A stretch of 64,000 nt of DNA, taken from Bacillota bacterium. GTDB lineage: Bacteria > Bacillota > Sulfobacillia > UBA995. The notes below the pieces were generated by a model that did no database searches, was not told where the DNA came from, and saw nothing but the letters and a program-made list of their open reading frames with translations. Each line of letters starts with the position of its first letter. Position 1 is the stretch's first letter. The stretch spans positions 118-64,117 of the forward strand of contig DATIKW010000003.1 in NCBI GenBank assembly GCA_035477115.1, given 5' to 3'. Position numbers and translations under genes: made by a program. Below are positions 52,653 to 61,256 of this stretch, piece by piece.

Positions 52653-53291
52653 GTGCAGCAATCGCTGGACCCGTGTCGCCTGGGTATCATGGGCGGTACC
52701 TTCGACCCGATCCACCTGGGGCACCTCGTGGCAGCCGAGGCTGCACGGGAACAGTTCGATCTGGAGCAAGTGCTGTTCGTGCCCGCCCGCTTGCCTCCTC
52801 ACAAGCAAGACCGGGAGATCACCCCGGCGGAACAGCGACACGCCATGGTCCTCTTGGCCACGGCCAACCACCCCCGGTTCGTCGCCTCCCGGGTAGAACT
52901 CGACCGACCGGGCCCATCCTATACCGTTGACACTCTACGCTTCTTCCGCGCTACCCACCCTCGGGCCAGGCTGTACTTCATCACCGGTGCCGACGCATTA
53001 ATGGAACTCGATACCTGGAAGGATCCCGAGGAGCTTTTGCGGCTGTGCCATATGATTGTCGTCAGCCGTCCCGGGTGCGATCGCGAACGCTTGCGGGAGA
53101 AAGCGGCCGATCTCCAGCGGCGCATGTCCTGCCATATCGAGGAACTGGCGGCGCCCGCCCTGGCCATCTCCTCGCGTGACCTGCGACAGCGGGTTGCCGA
53201 GGGCAAGTCGTTGCGGTACCTGGTTCCCCGCGAAGTCCGGGACTACATCCTCAAGCACCGTCTGTATCGACGAGAGGCAGCTACCCCTTGA
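52653..53291 (+). CDS. nadD: Nicotinate-nucleotide adenylyltransferase
   Basis: GIMGGTFDPIHLGHL, and the ISSRDLR region. Confidence 0.9.
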   Translation: MQQSLDPCRLGIMGGTFDPIHLGHLVAAEAAREQFDLEQVLFVPARLPPHKQDREITPAEQRHAMVLLATANHPRFVASRVELDRPGPSYTVDTLRFFRATHPRARLYFITGADALMELDTWKDPEELLRLCHMIVVSRPGCDRERLREKAADLQRRMSCHIEELAAPALAISSRDLRQRVAEGKSLRYLVPREVRDYILKHRLYRREAATP

Positions 53292-53315
53292 TTTATCGGC
53301 AGGAAGTGGTATACT
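53288..53315 (+). promoter_or_regulatory. Near-consensus SigA promoter with extended -10, driving the RRM gene
   Basis: TTGATT (53288-93)-N16-(TGg)TATACT (53310-15). It overlaps the nadD stop and predicts an approx 120-nt 5' UTR. Confidence 0.55.
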
Positions 53316-53444
53316 TGGGTTTAAGCCATATGCAGGGGGGTCGGAGACGCGGGGCCGAGGTGCGAAACGTGCGCGAAGGCGAGCCGCGCGCGGCGGGTTG
53401 GTTGTCGTTTTTTAGTTTCGGGCGGTAAGTGGAGGGGACGCGGG

Positions 53445-53702
53445 ATGAGCAAGACCCTATACGTCGGGAATCTTCCGTGGTCGATGAGCGAAGAGGACCT
53501 CAGCCGGGAGTTTGCACGGCACGCTGAGGTCAAGAGCTGTCGGATCATATCCGACCGCGAGACCGGTCGATCGCGGGGGTTCGGGTTCGTGGAAGTCGGC
53601 GATGAAGATGCTGAGCGAGTAGTCCAGGCCATGAACGGCTTCTCCGTGGGTGGCAGGGAGTTGGTAGTGAACGAGGCGCGGCCTCGGCAGGGCAGGTTCT
53701 GA
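53445..53702 (+). CDS. RRM (RNP-1/RNP-2) single-domain RNA-binding protein
   Basis: 85 aa. RNP-2 LYVGNL and RNP-1 RGFGFVEV. SD GGAGGGGA upstream. Confidence 0.85.
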   Translation: MSKTLYVGNLPWSMSEEDLSREFARHAEVKSCRIISDRETGRSRGFGFVEVGDEDAERVVQAMNGFSVGGRELVVNEARPRQGRF

Positions 53703-53708
53703 GCAGCG

Positions 53709-54308
53709 GTGACCCAATTGTCGGTTGACCTGGATGTGCTGAGAGTGCAACTCCGGGCCAAGCAGAGCACCACCACCTTCGCGCATACCTTGGGTGTGGT
53801 AGCTGCGGTGGAACTCCTCGCTGCCCGGTACGGCGTCGACAGGGAGCAAGCGCGCCTTGCAGCATTCCTGCACGACGCAGCTCGGGACATGGAGACATCG
53901 GAGTTGTTGAAACGGGTCTCGGAGTACGGTATACTGATCGATGAAATAGAAGCTAGAGAGCCACTTCTTCTCCATGCCAAGGTTGGGGCGACAATGGGCC
54001 GCAAGCTTCTCGGCATTGAAGATGAGGCGGTACTGCAAGCTGTCGAGCGCCACACTACAGGGGCGCCAGGCATGACGGCCTTGGACGCGGTCGTCTACGT
54101 TGCGGACTACATCGAACCCGGCAGGGACTTCCCCGGCGTGGACGAAGTGCGCCGGGCGGCAGGGCAGGACTTGGCCCACTCGGTGGTACTGGCCATGAAC
54201 GGTGCTCTACAGCACCTCCTGCGAGAGAACCGGCTCGTGCATCCCCGGACGGTGGACGCTAGAAACCACCTATTGAGGGAAGGCATAGCCATATCCCACC
54301 AGGGCTAG
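53709..54308 (+). CDS. yqeK: HD-domain bis(5'-nucleosyl)-tetraphosphatase YqeK
   Basis: HTLGVVAAVELLA...FLHDAARD and RHTTGAPGMTALDAVVYVADYIEPGR. Confidence 0.85.
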   Translation: MTQLSVDLDVLRVQLRAKQSTTTFAHTLGVVAAVELLAARYGVDREQARLAAFLHDAARDMETSELLKRVSEYGILIDEIEAREPLLLHAKVGATMGRKLLGIEDEAVLQAVERHTTGAPGMTALDAVVYVADYIEPGRDFPGVDEVRRAAGQDLAHSVVLAMNGALQHLLRENRLVHPRTVDARNHLLREGIAISHQG

Positions 54309-54313
54309 ACCGG

Positions 54314-55627
54314 GTGTCAGCGAGGCGAAGGACTTTGCGAACGGGAGTTCCCGCAACCCGGAACGCGCGTAGGCGACGGCTGAGGATCAGATGGAAGAAC
54401 GTGGCGCTAACGGCGTCCTTTTGCTTCCTATTGGTCGCGGGGATTGCCGCCTACAACTCCTACCGTCTGCTCTACAACTTCCAGTCCCCCGAGTCTCGTG
54501 AGTTCGGCATGCCCGTCCCCGCGCCAGGGCAGCGCGTCAATTTCCTCATACTCGGGCTGGACCTCCCGATCGACCCGATCACCGGGGCGGTTGTCGACCG
54601 CGACTTCCGCCAGTCGAGGTACTGGTCGCGAAGCGATACGGTCATCGTGGTGAGTGTCGATCCGGAAACGCACGACGTGGCCGCCCTATCTCTCCCCCGG
54701 GACACACGGGTGAAGATCGCCTGGGAAGCCAAGGGCTACGAGAAGGTCGCCCATGCCCACGCCTACGGGGGCCCCCGGATGGCTGTACGCACTGTAGAGA
54801 ACTTCCTGGGCATCCCCATACACTACTACTTGCGGACAGACCCGCGCGGCTTTGCGGCGATGGTCGACATCCTGGGTGGCGTCAAGATCGACGTCGAAAA
54901 GGACATGTTCTATGAAGATCCCTATCAAGACCTGTACATTGACCTGAAACAGGGCCTGCAGGTCCTGGATGGCGATAAGGCGATGCAGTACACCCGCTAC
55001 CGCCAGGACTCGGACCTCGCCCGAGTCACGCGCCAGCAGAAGTTCCTTCAAGCCCTCCAAGACGAGTTGTTCCAACTCGGGACCATCCTCAGACTGCCCA
55101 AACTGGCTGGCGAACTGGCGCGATACGTCGACACCAACCTGGCTCCTGACCAGATCCTCAGCTACGCTTGGCTCGCCGCGCGCACAGCCCAGGTGGAACT
55201 GACGGTAGCCACTCTGCCCGGTAACGAACGCTGGATCGGCGGCGTGTGTTACTGGGAACCGGATCTCCCCGCCGTCCGAGCGATGGTCCAACGGATGATG
55301 TGGGGTATCGTCCCCGAGAAGAATGCCGAGGTGCGGGTGGAAGTACTGAACGGTACGGCCAATGAGGGATTGGCCGGCAGGATGGCCGCATCCCTGCGGG
55401 AACAGGGCTTTAATGTTGTTCGGATCGCGAATGCCCCCCGAACCGGGATTCAGACCACGCAGGTCATCAACTTGGCCGATGACGCGGAGAAGCATCGCCT
55501 GGTAGTGCGGGCCGTGCGCCGGGATCTGTCGGAACTGAACCTCCTCCGGATGAACGCGGTCGATGAGCAGGCGGATGTGCGGGTCATCGTCGGCCAAGAC
55601 TATTTTGATAGGGCTGACGGGAGATAG
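54314..55627 (+). CDS. LCP (LytR-CpsA-Psr) family protein with C-terminal LytR_C domain
   Basis: N-terminal anchor. NFLILGLD, RSDTVIVVSVDPETHDVAALSLPRDT, and ALQYTRYR. The C-terminal approx 90 aa are LytR_C-like. Confidence 0.85.
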   Translation: MSARRRTLRTGVPATRNARRRRLRIRWKNVALTASFCFLLVAGIAAYNSYRLLYNFQSPESREFGMPVPAPGQRVNFLILGLDLPIDPITGAVVDRDFRQSRYWSRSDTVIVVSVDPETHDVAALSLPRDTRVKIAWEAKGYEKVAHAHAYGGPRMAVRTVENFLGIPIHYYLRTDPRGFAAMVDILGGVKIDVEKDMFYEDPYQDLYIDLKQGLQVLDGDKAMQYTRYRQDSDLARVTRQQKFLQALQDELFQLGTILRLPKLAGELARYVDTNLAPDQILSYAWLAARTAQVELTVATLPGNERWIGGVCYWEPDLPAVRAMVQRMMWGIVPEKNAEVRVEVLNGTANEGLAGRMAASLREQGFNVVRIANAPRTGIQTTQVINLADDAEKHRLVVRAVRRDLSELNLLRMNAVDEQADVRVIVGQDYFDRADGR

Positions 55628-55650
55628 GGTCAACGAGAGGGGGCGGACTG

Positions 55651-56019
55651 CTGGGCTCGAGGGAACTGGCGCAACTTGCCGCCCGGGCGGCTGAGGACAA
55701 GAAGGCTAATGACATCCTCATCCTCGATGTGCGCGAACTCACCCTGGTCTGCGACTACATGCTATTGGCCAGCGGGGAGTCTTCGCCTCAGATCCGGGCG
55801 ATTGCCGATCATGTAAAGGATCGCCTGGCAGCCGCGGGATTTATCCAGTTACGACGCGAGGGGTACGCGGTCGGCCGCTGGGTGCTCTTGGACTACGGCG
55901 ATCTCCTCGTCCATGTCTTCCACCCGCACGAGCGTTCCTTTTATGCTCTGGAGCGCCTCTGGGGCGATGCCCCAGTGTTGCGGCCGGCCGGCGAAGTGCT
56001 CCTGGTTCATAACGCCTGA
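55651..56019 (+). CDS. rsfS: Ribosome silencing factor RsfS, probably initiated at a CTG codon
   Basis: The track ORF (55729, GTG) lacks the conserved N-terminal helix. The frame is open from 55618 and encodes LLGSRELAQLAARAAEDKKANDILILDV, with no ATG/GTG/TTG. CTG codons at 55648/55651 follow AGAGGGGG (55636-43). Confidence 0.75.
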   Translation: MGSRELAQLAARAAEDKKANDILILDVRELTLVCDYMLLASGESSPQIRAIADHVKDRLAAAGFIQLRREGYAVGRWVLLDYGDLLVHVFHPHERSFYALERLWGDAPVLRPAGEVLLVHNA

Positions 56020-56101
56020 ACCCCCGGCGCGAGGTCTTGCACCGGCCATGGCGGCGCCCCGTGCGCTTGGCGAGCGGGCCCTCGCCGAGCCTGCCCTCGC
56101 C

Positions 56102-56130
56102 TTGACTCCCGCGTAGACGGGACGTATAAT
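56102..56130 (+). promoter_or_regulatory. Consensus SigA promoter for tRNA-Ala
   Basis: TTGACT-N17-TATAAT, ending 36 nt upstream of the tRNA 5' end. Confidence 0.6.
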
Positions 56131-56166
56131 CAGGTGGGCTTGGGGTGGCGACAATTGATGAGATGT

Positions 56167-56242
56167 GGGGCCGTAGCTCAGCTGGGAGAGCGCTTGAATG
56201 GCATTCAAGAGGCCAGGGGTTCGACTCCCCTCGGCTCCACCA
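56167..56242 (+). tRNA. tRNA-Ala (anticodon GGC), CCA encoded
   Basis: Manual cloverleaf: acceptor GGGGCCG/CGGCTCC with G3:U70, D arm GCTC-AGCTGGGA-GAGC, anticodon arm CTTGA-AT GGC AT-TCAAG, T arm AGGGG-TTCGACT-CCCCT, then ACCA. 76 nt. Confidence 0.95.
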
Positions 56243-56251
56243 AATAATCTA

Positions 56252-56295
56252 CCATCTATTGACAAACTCTGTGAGGTCAATAGGTGGTTTGTCTT
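56252..56295 (+). terminator. Hairpin plus T-rich tract after tRNA-Ala
   Basis: CCATCTATTGAC / GTCAATAGGTGG (12 bp including one G:U), a 12-nt loop, then TTTGTCTTGT. Confidence 0.5.
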
Positions 56296-56490
56296 GTAGT
56301 CAGGAAGTCCGCTATATGCGGGCTTTCTTGCGTTTTCTGGTTTTGTGTTGTAGCAATAGTCGATCACCGATTCCGGTGAAATCGATCACCTGAATCTGGG
56401 AGCGTAGCCACGCTGGGCGAAGCATCCGGCCAGAGGCCGGTCCACCCGAAAGTCGAAGACCTCAAGCAGGTTGAGGAAAGGTGGACCGCC

Positions 56491-58041
56491 ATGGCGAACA
56501 GGAGGACGTCCATGCGCAAGCTTCAAGAAAGGATGCGGCTACGGTTCGAGCACCAACTCGGCAACCGGGCAATCGCCCGCAGTCTCCGCATCTCACCCAG
56601 CACAGTGAGCGACCTGTTTGGCCGCTTTCAGGCCGTCGGTCTGTCCTGGCCCCTGCCACCGGACCTGGGGGAGGCCAGCCTGGAGGCCAGGCTCTATCCC
56701 GGCCAGCCCGCGGCAGGCCTGCCGAGGCCCCAACCTGACTGGGAATACGTTCACAGGGAACGCCAGCGCAAGGGCGTCACCCTGCAGCTCCTGTGGCTGG
56801 AGTACAAAGAGGCCCACCCTGACGGGTACCAGTACAGCCAGTTCTGTGCGGGCTACCGGCGATGGACACAGAAGCTGGATGTGGTACTACGCCAATCCTA
56901 CCGGGCCGGCGAGAAGATGTTCGTGGACTTCGCCGGGCAGACAGTATCCGTGGCCGACGCCCAGACCGGCGAGGTGCGCCAGGCCCAATTGTTCATCGCC
57001 GTGCTGGCCGCGTCGAACTACACCTACGCCGAGGCCACGGCAGACCAGACCCTCCCCAGCTGGATCGGTGCTCACTGCCGGACCTTCGAGTTCTTCGGCG
57101 GTGTCCCGGAAGTGGTTGTCCCCGACAACACCAAGACCGCCATCCGGCGTGCCTGCCGGTACGAGCCGGACCTGAATCCAACCTACCAGGACCTGGCGCT
57201 CTATTATGGCACCGTGGTCATCCCCGCCCGGCCCCGAAAGCCTCGGGACAGGGCAAAAGTCGAAGCGGGCGTACAGTTGGTGGAACGCTGGATCCTGGCG
57301 GCCCTGCGCAATCACACCTTCTTCAGCTTGGACCAAGTCAACGCCGCCGTCAGGGCAGCCCTGAAACGGCTCAATGAGCGCCCCTTTCAGAAGCTTGCCG
57401 GGTCGCGGCAGTCCCTGTTCGAGACGCTGGAGCGGCCGGCCCTCAAGCCACTGCCCCCCCGGCGCTACGAGTTCGCGGAATGGAAGAAGGCAAAGGTCAA
57501 CATCGACTACCACGTCACGGTGGACAAAAGCCACTACAGCGTTCCCTTCCATTTGGTCCGAGAGAGGGTCGATGTGCGCCTGACTGGCACCACGGTGGAA
57601 CTCCTCCACCGCGGTCAGCGGGTAGCCAGCCACCGCCGGTGCTACGATCAGGGCCGTTACATCACCGACCCGGCCCACCGTCCGCCGTCCCACCGGAACC
57701 ACCTGGAATGGACGCCCTCACGCCTCGTCCGGTGGGCCCAGACCTTCGGCTCGGGGACAGGACAGTTCGTGGAGCGGCTGCTTGAGGAAAGGCCCCACCC
57801 CGAGCAGGGCTACCGTTCCTGCTTGGGGCTCATGCGGCTGGGGCGGCACTTCAGCCCGGAGCGCCTGGAGTCCGCGTGCTGCCGGGCGCTATCCTCCGGG
57901 GCCGTTTCCTACCGGAGCGTCAAGTCGATCCTGGAGACGGGACTCGACCGAGTACCGCTGGAGCAGACAGTCCCACAGCCCGTCCACGCACACGAGCACG
58001 TGCGCGGCGCCGCCTACTACCAGAGCCGGGAGGTGCGCTGA
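56491..58041 (+). CDS. istA: IS21-family transposase IstA
   Basis: 516 aa. N-terminal HTH (GNRAIARSLRISPSTVSDL). DDE/rve core (VDFAGQ..., VVPDNTKTA...), with a collinear IstA C-terminal domain. Confidence 0.9.
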   Translation: MANRRTSMRKLQERMRLRFEHQLGNRAIARSLRISPSTVSDLFGRFQAVGLSWPLPPDLGEASLEARLYPGQPAAGLPRPQPDWEYVHRERQRKGVTLQLLWLEYKEAHPDGYQYSQFCAGYRRWTQKLDVVLRQSYRAGEKMFVDFAGQTVSVADAQTGEVRQAQLFIAVLAASNYTYAEATADQTLPSWIGAHCRTFEFFGGVPEVVVPDNTKTAIRRACRYEPDLNPTYQDLALYYGTVVIPARPRKPRDRAKVEAGVQLVERWILAALRNHTFFSLDQVNAAVRAALKRLNERPFQKLAGSRQSLFETLERPALKPLPPRRYEFAEWKKAKVNIDYHVTVDKSHYSVPFHLVRERVDVRLTGTTVELLHRGQRVASHRRCYDQGRYITDPAHRPPSHRNHLEWTPSRLVRWAQTFGSGTGQFVERLLEERPHPEQGYRSCLGLMRLGRHFSPERLESACCRALSSGAVSYRSVKSILETGLDRVPLEQTVPQPVHAHEHVRGAAYYQSREVR

Positions 58042-58800
58042 GTGCTCCTACAACCCACCCTTGACAAGCTCCGGACCATGCGCCTGACCGGCATGGCCCA
58101 GGCCCTCGAGCTACAACTCCAGCAGACGGATGTGGACGGCCTGGCCTTCGAGGAACGACTGGGGCTCATCGTCGACCACGAGTGGGCCTGCCGCCAGGAC
58201 CGGCGGCTCGGGCGGCTGCTGAAGGAGGCCAGGCTACGCCTTGCAGCCTGCACCGAGGACCTCGATTGGCGGCCAGGGCGTGGTCTTGACCGTGGCGTTG
58301 TCCTGCGCCTGGCTGCGTGCGACTGGATCCGCGACGGCCACCAGGTCCTGATCAGCGGCCCGACGGGCGCGGGCAAGACCTTCCTTGCCTGCGCCCTTGG
58401 CAACGCCGCCTGCCGGCAGGGCATCTCCACCCGCTACTACCGGGTGCCCCGCCTGCTACAGGACCTGGCCCTCGCCCGGGCAGACGGTTCGTACGCCAGG
58501 CTTTTTGCCAAGTTGGCCGGCACCAAGCTCCTGATCTTGGACGACTGGGGCATCACACCGCTATCGGCGGGGGATTGCCGGGACGTCTTCGAACTTGTTG
58601 ACGACCGCAGTCCAGGGCGTTCGACCGTGGTGGCCGGCCAACTCCCGCTCGATGCCTGGCACGCTGCGATGGCGGACCCCACGCTGGCGGATGCGATCCT
58701 CGACCGTCTCGTCCACGGAGCCTATAAGATCGTGCTGAAGGGGGAGTCGATGCGGAAGGTAATGAGAGCCGACCTGTCAAACCGTCCGGACATGACATGA
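58042..58800 (+). CDS. istB: IS21-family helper ATPase IstB
   Basis: 252 aa. Walker A LISGPTGAGKTFLA and Walker B LLILDDWG. GTG immediately follows the istA stop. Confidence 0.9.
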   Translation: MLLQPTLDKLRTMRLTGMAQALELQLQQTDVDGLAFEERLGLIVDHEWACRQDRRLGRLLKEARLRLAACTEDLDWRPGRGLDRGVVLRLAACDWIRDGHQVLISGPTGAGKTFLACALGNAACRQGISTRYYRVPRLLQDLALARADGSYARLFAKLAGTKLLILDDWGITPLSAGDCRDVFELVDDRSPGRSTVVAGQLPLDAWHAAMADPTLADAILDRLVHGAYKIVLKGESMRKVMRADLSNRPDMT

Positions 58801-58982
58801 AAGACACCCGGCGTCGCTACGCTCCGAGCACATGCTCAAGTGATCGATTTGGGCGGAATGACCGATCGGCTTCGCTCGGAACGGGCGATCGATTTCGCCG
58901 GAATGCGCACCGGAGGAGGAGATAAGGAGAATGGTCGGCGACAGTTACGACCTGATTAAGCCGAAAGTAAGGAGAAAACGCA

Positions 58983-61100
58983 ATGGCTAACGAGTTATAT
59001 TCGCTATCAGTCCTGTTTCAGAACAGGCTTTTCAGGATACCCGATTATCAGCGCGGGTACGCTTGGAAGCACGAGCAGCTTGCCGATTTCTGGGATGACT
59101 TGCTTAACCTTCACGAGGACAGGTATCACTATACGGGATTGCTTTCTCTTAAAGCGGTCAACCGCGACAGCGTCAAGGCTTGGGACGGTGACGAGTGGAT
59201 TTTGGACATCGGATTCAAGCCCTTTCACGTCGTGGACGGGCAGCAACGTCTAACCACGTTTTCCATCTTAATGTATGAAATTATTGCGTTCGTTAAAAAC
59301 CTGCCCGAAAACAAAGCCAAGGACTACGACGATATTTTGCTTGGGGATGAGTCACTGAAAGAAATTTCGGAGAGATACATTCTCCGCAGGCGCAAAAAGA
59401 ACTATATCACGACATACCTTTTTGGGTATGAGACCGACAATCCCAGCGCGGACTACCTGAAGTACAAGGTGTTTAACGAGCCGTTCGGCAGCACGGTGTT
59501 TGAAACCTACTACACCAAAAACCTCAAATACGCCAAGACTTTCTTTGTCGACAATCTTGCGCTAATGTACGAGAGCGACGGCATTGAGGGCATCGAACGT
59601 CTTTACAAAAAGCTGACCCTTCGCCTGATGTTTAATCTCCACGAGATAGAGGACGACTACGATGTTTTCGTCGCCTTTGAAACAATGAATAATCGCGGCA
59701 AGAAGTTGACGAACCTTGAACTTCTAAAAAACCGCTTAATATATCTGACCACGCTATTCGACAATTCCGAAATTGATAAGGCTGATAAGGAACAACTACG
59801 CAGGAATATAAATGATGCGTGGAAAGAAGTCTACTATCAGCTTGGGCGCAATCAGAATGCCCCGCTCTCGGATGACGACTTCCTCCGCGCCCATTGGATT
59901 ACCTACTTCCGCTACTCTCGAAAAGCCGGGGACGATTATATCCGATTCCTGCTTGGAAAATTCTCGGCAAAGAACGTATTCGAAAAGCATACCGTTACCC
60001 AAGCCGTAGAGGAAACGGAAATTCCGTCTGACTTTGAACAGGATGAGGTTGATAACGAAATAGATGCAACGCCTGAAACCGAAGCGGTGCTTGTCAGCAA
60101 ACTTGCGCCACAGGAAATAAGCGACTATGTCAACAGCCTTAAGGCTCTGGCTAAATACTGGTACTATAGCTTCTTCCCATATGACAGCGGGTTTAGCAAC
60201 GACGAGAAGATTTGGATTGATAAACTGAACCGCATAGGTATAGGCTATTTTCGTCCTATCGTCGTCGCGGCTTTATCGGCTGAAAAATCTACAACAGCGG
60301 CGGAGCGGGTCACTCTGTTCAAGTCTATCGAGCGGTTTATATTTGTGTCCTTCCGTATTGGCGGTTTCCAGTCAAGCTACCAAAGCAGCGTTTATTACAA
60401 TAAGGTACGGGACGTATTAAGCGGGACAGCCACCCTTGATTCCGTGTCTACGGATTTGGACAATACAGTTGATGGCGATATGGACTCAGCGATGAAATCC
60501 TTTATTGCTCGCACAAACCGTCGTTTCGATGCGGGAGACGGTTTCTATGGTTGGCGCGACCTGCGTTACTTCCTCTTCGAATACGAGTATGAGAAATCGG
60601 TCATGAACAACATTGAAAAGGTAAATTGGAGTCTCTTCACGAGGGTAGAAAAAGACAAAGTCACCATTGAACATATCCTGCCGCAAACGCCGTCAAAGTG
60701 GTACTGGCGTAATATGTTCAGGGCTTATACCGTCGAGGAGATAAAACTGCTGTCCGCCTCGCTCGGAAACTTGCTTCCGCTCTCGCAGAGCATTAATTCG
60801 TCGTTGCAGAACGACAGCTTTCCGGATAAAAAGAACCCTTCAAGCAATGGGCGGCGTGGATACAGTAACGGATCGCATTCAGAGATTGAAGTTGCCGCCG
60901 AGCAGGACTGGACAGCAGAAAACATCTTGGAGCGCGGTCAGACGTTGCTTAATTTCATGGAGAAGCGGTGGCGGCTTGAATTTCTGGGTAACGCCAAGAT
61001 GGAACTTCTTCACATCCCGTTTGTCGACGACGGTCGGGAAGTTCCGCCGGAAATACTGGAAGTTGAAATTAAGACCCGACTTCGACACCGCCTGGTGTAA
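58983..61100 (+). CDS. DUF262 + DUF1524 protein (GmrSD-family, putative modification-dependent type IV restriction endonuclease)
   Basis: 705 aa. N-terminal FRIPDYQRGYAW and VVDGQQRLTT (ParB/DUF262). C-terminal VTIEHILPQ ... LGNLLPLSQSINSSLQNDSF (His-Me/DUF1524). AAGGAG SD. Composition is markedly AT-rich. Confidence 0.85.
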   Translation: MANELYSLSVLFQNRLFRIPDYQRGYAWKHEQLADFWDDLLNLHEDRYHYTGLLSLKAVNRDSVKAWDGDEWILDIGFKPFHVVDGQQRLTTFSILMYEIIAFVKNLPENKAKDYDDILLGDESLKEISERYILRRRKKNYITTYLFGYETDNPSADYLKYKVFNEPFGSTVFETYYTKNLKYAKTFFVDNLALMYESDGIEGIERLYKKLTLRLMFNLHEIEDDYDVFVAFETMNNRGKKLTNLELLKNRLIYLTTLFDNSEIDKADKEQLRRNINDAWKEVYYQLGRNQNAPLSDDDFLRAHWITYFRYSRKAGDDYIRFLLGKFSAKNVFEKHTVTQAVEETEIPSDFEQDEVDNEIDATPETEAVLVSKLAPQEISDYVNSLKALAKYWYYSFFPYDSGFSNDEKIWIDKLNRIGIGYFRPIVVAALSAEKSTTAAERVTLFKSIERFIFVSFRIGGFQSSYQSSVYYNKVRDVLSGTATLDSVSTDLDNTVDGDMDSAMKSFIARTNRRFDAGDGFYGWRDLRYFLFEYEYEKSVMNNIEKVNWSLFTRVEKDKVTIEHILPQTPSKWYWRNMFRAYTVEEIKLLSASLGNLLPLSQSINSSLQNDSFPDKKNPSSNGRRGYSNGSHSEIEVAAEQDWTAENILERGQTLLNFMEKRWRLEFLGNAKMELLHIPFVDDGREVPPEILEVEIKTRLRHRLV

Positions 61101-61256
61101 TAGATCTGCGTAGCTCAAGCTAAACCCATGATGTTGAAGCCCACGTTATTTGTCGGTGAATCGCCCACATTGGGTGGCGGTGAGAGAACGCTCAGAATGT
61201 GCGTCGTTGAAAGCAAGGGGCCCAGCGTGGTTGCCGGGCCCTAGCTAGCCGGTGAG

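Larger units (their letters stand above)
56360..58909 (+). mobile_element. IS21-family insertion sequence (istA + istB); ends within about 10 nt
   Basis: Left-end motif ATTCCGGTGAAATCGATCAC (56370-89) recurs inverted at 58840-58868 and 58885-58909. The two-ORF IstA/IstB organisation and approx 2.55 kb length fit IS21. Confidence 0.8.

Noticed and set aside
61171-61200. Imperfect direct similarity between 61171-61200 (GGGTGGCGGTGAGAGAACGCTCAG) and 63665-63692 (GGGTGGGGTAATGAACGTTGAGG), flanking the transposase/ATPase pair
   Set aside because: Identity is only about two-thirds and needs a gap. The orientation is direct rather than inverted, and the right copy lies inside an ORF. That is too weak to call transposon ends or a target duplication.
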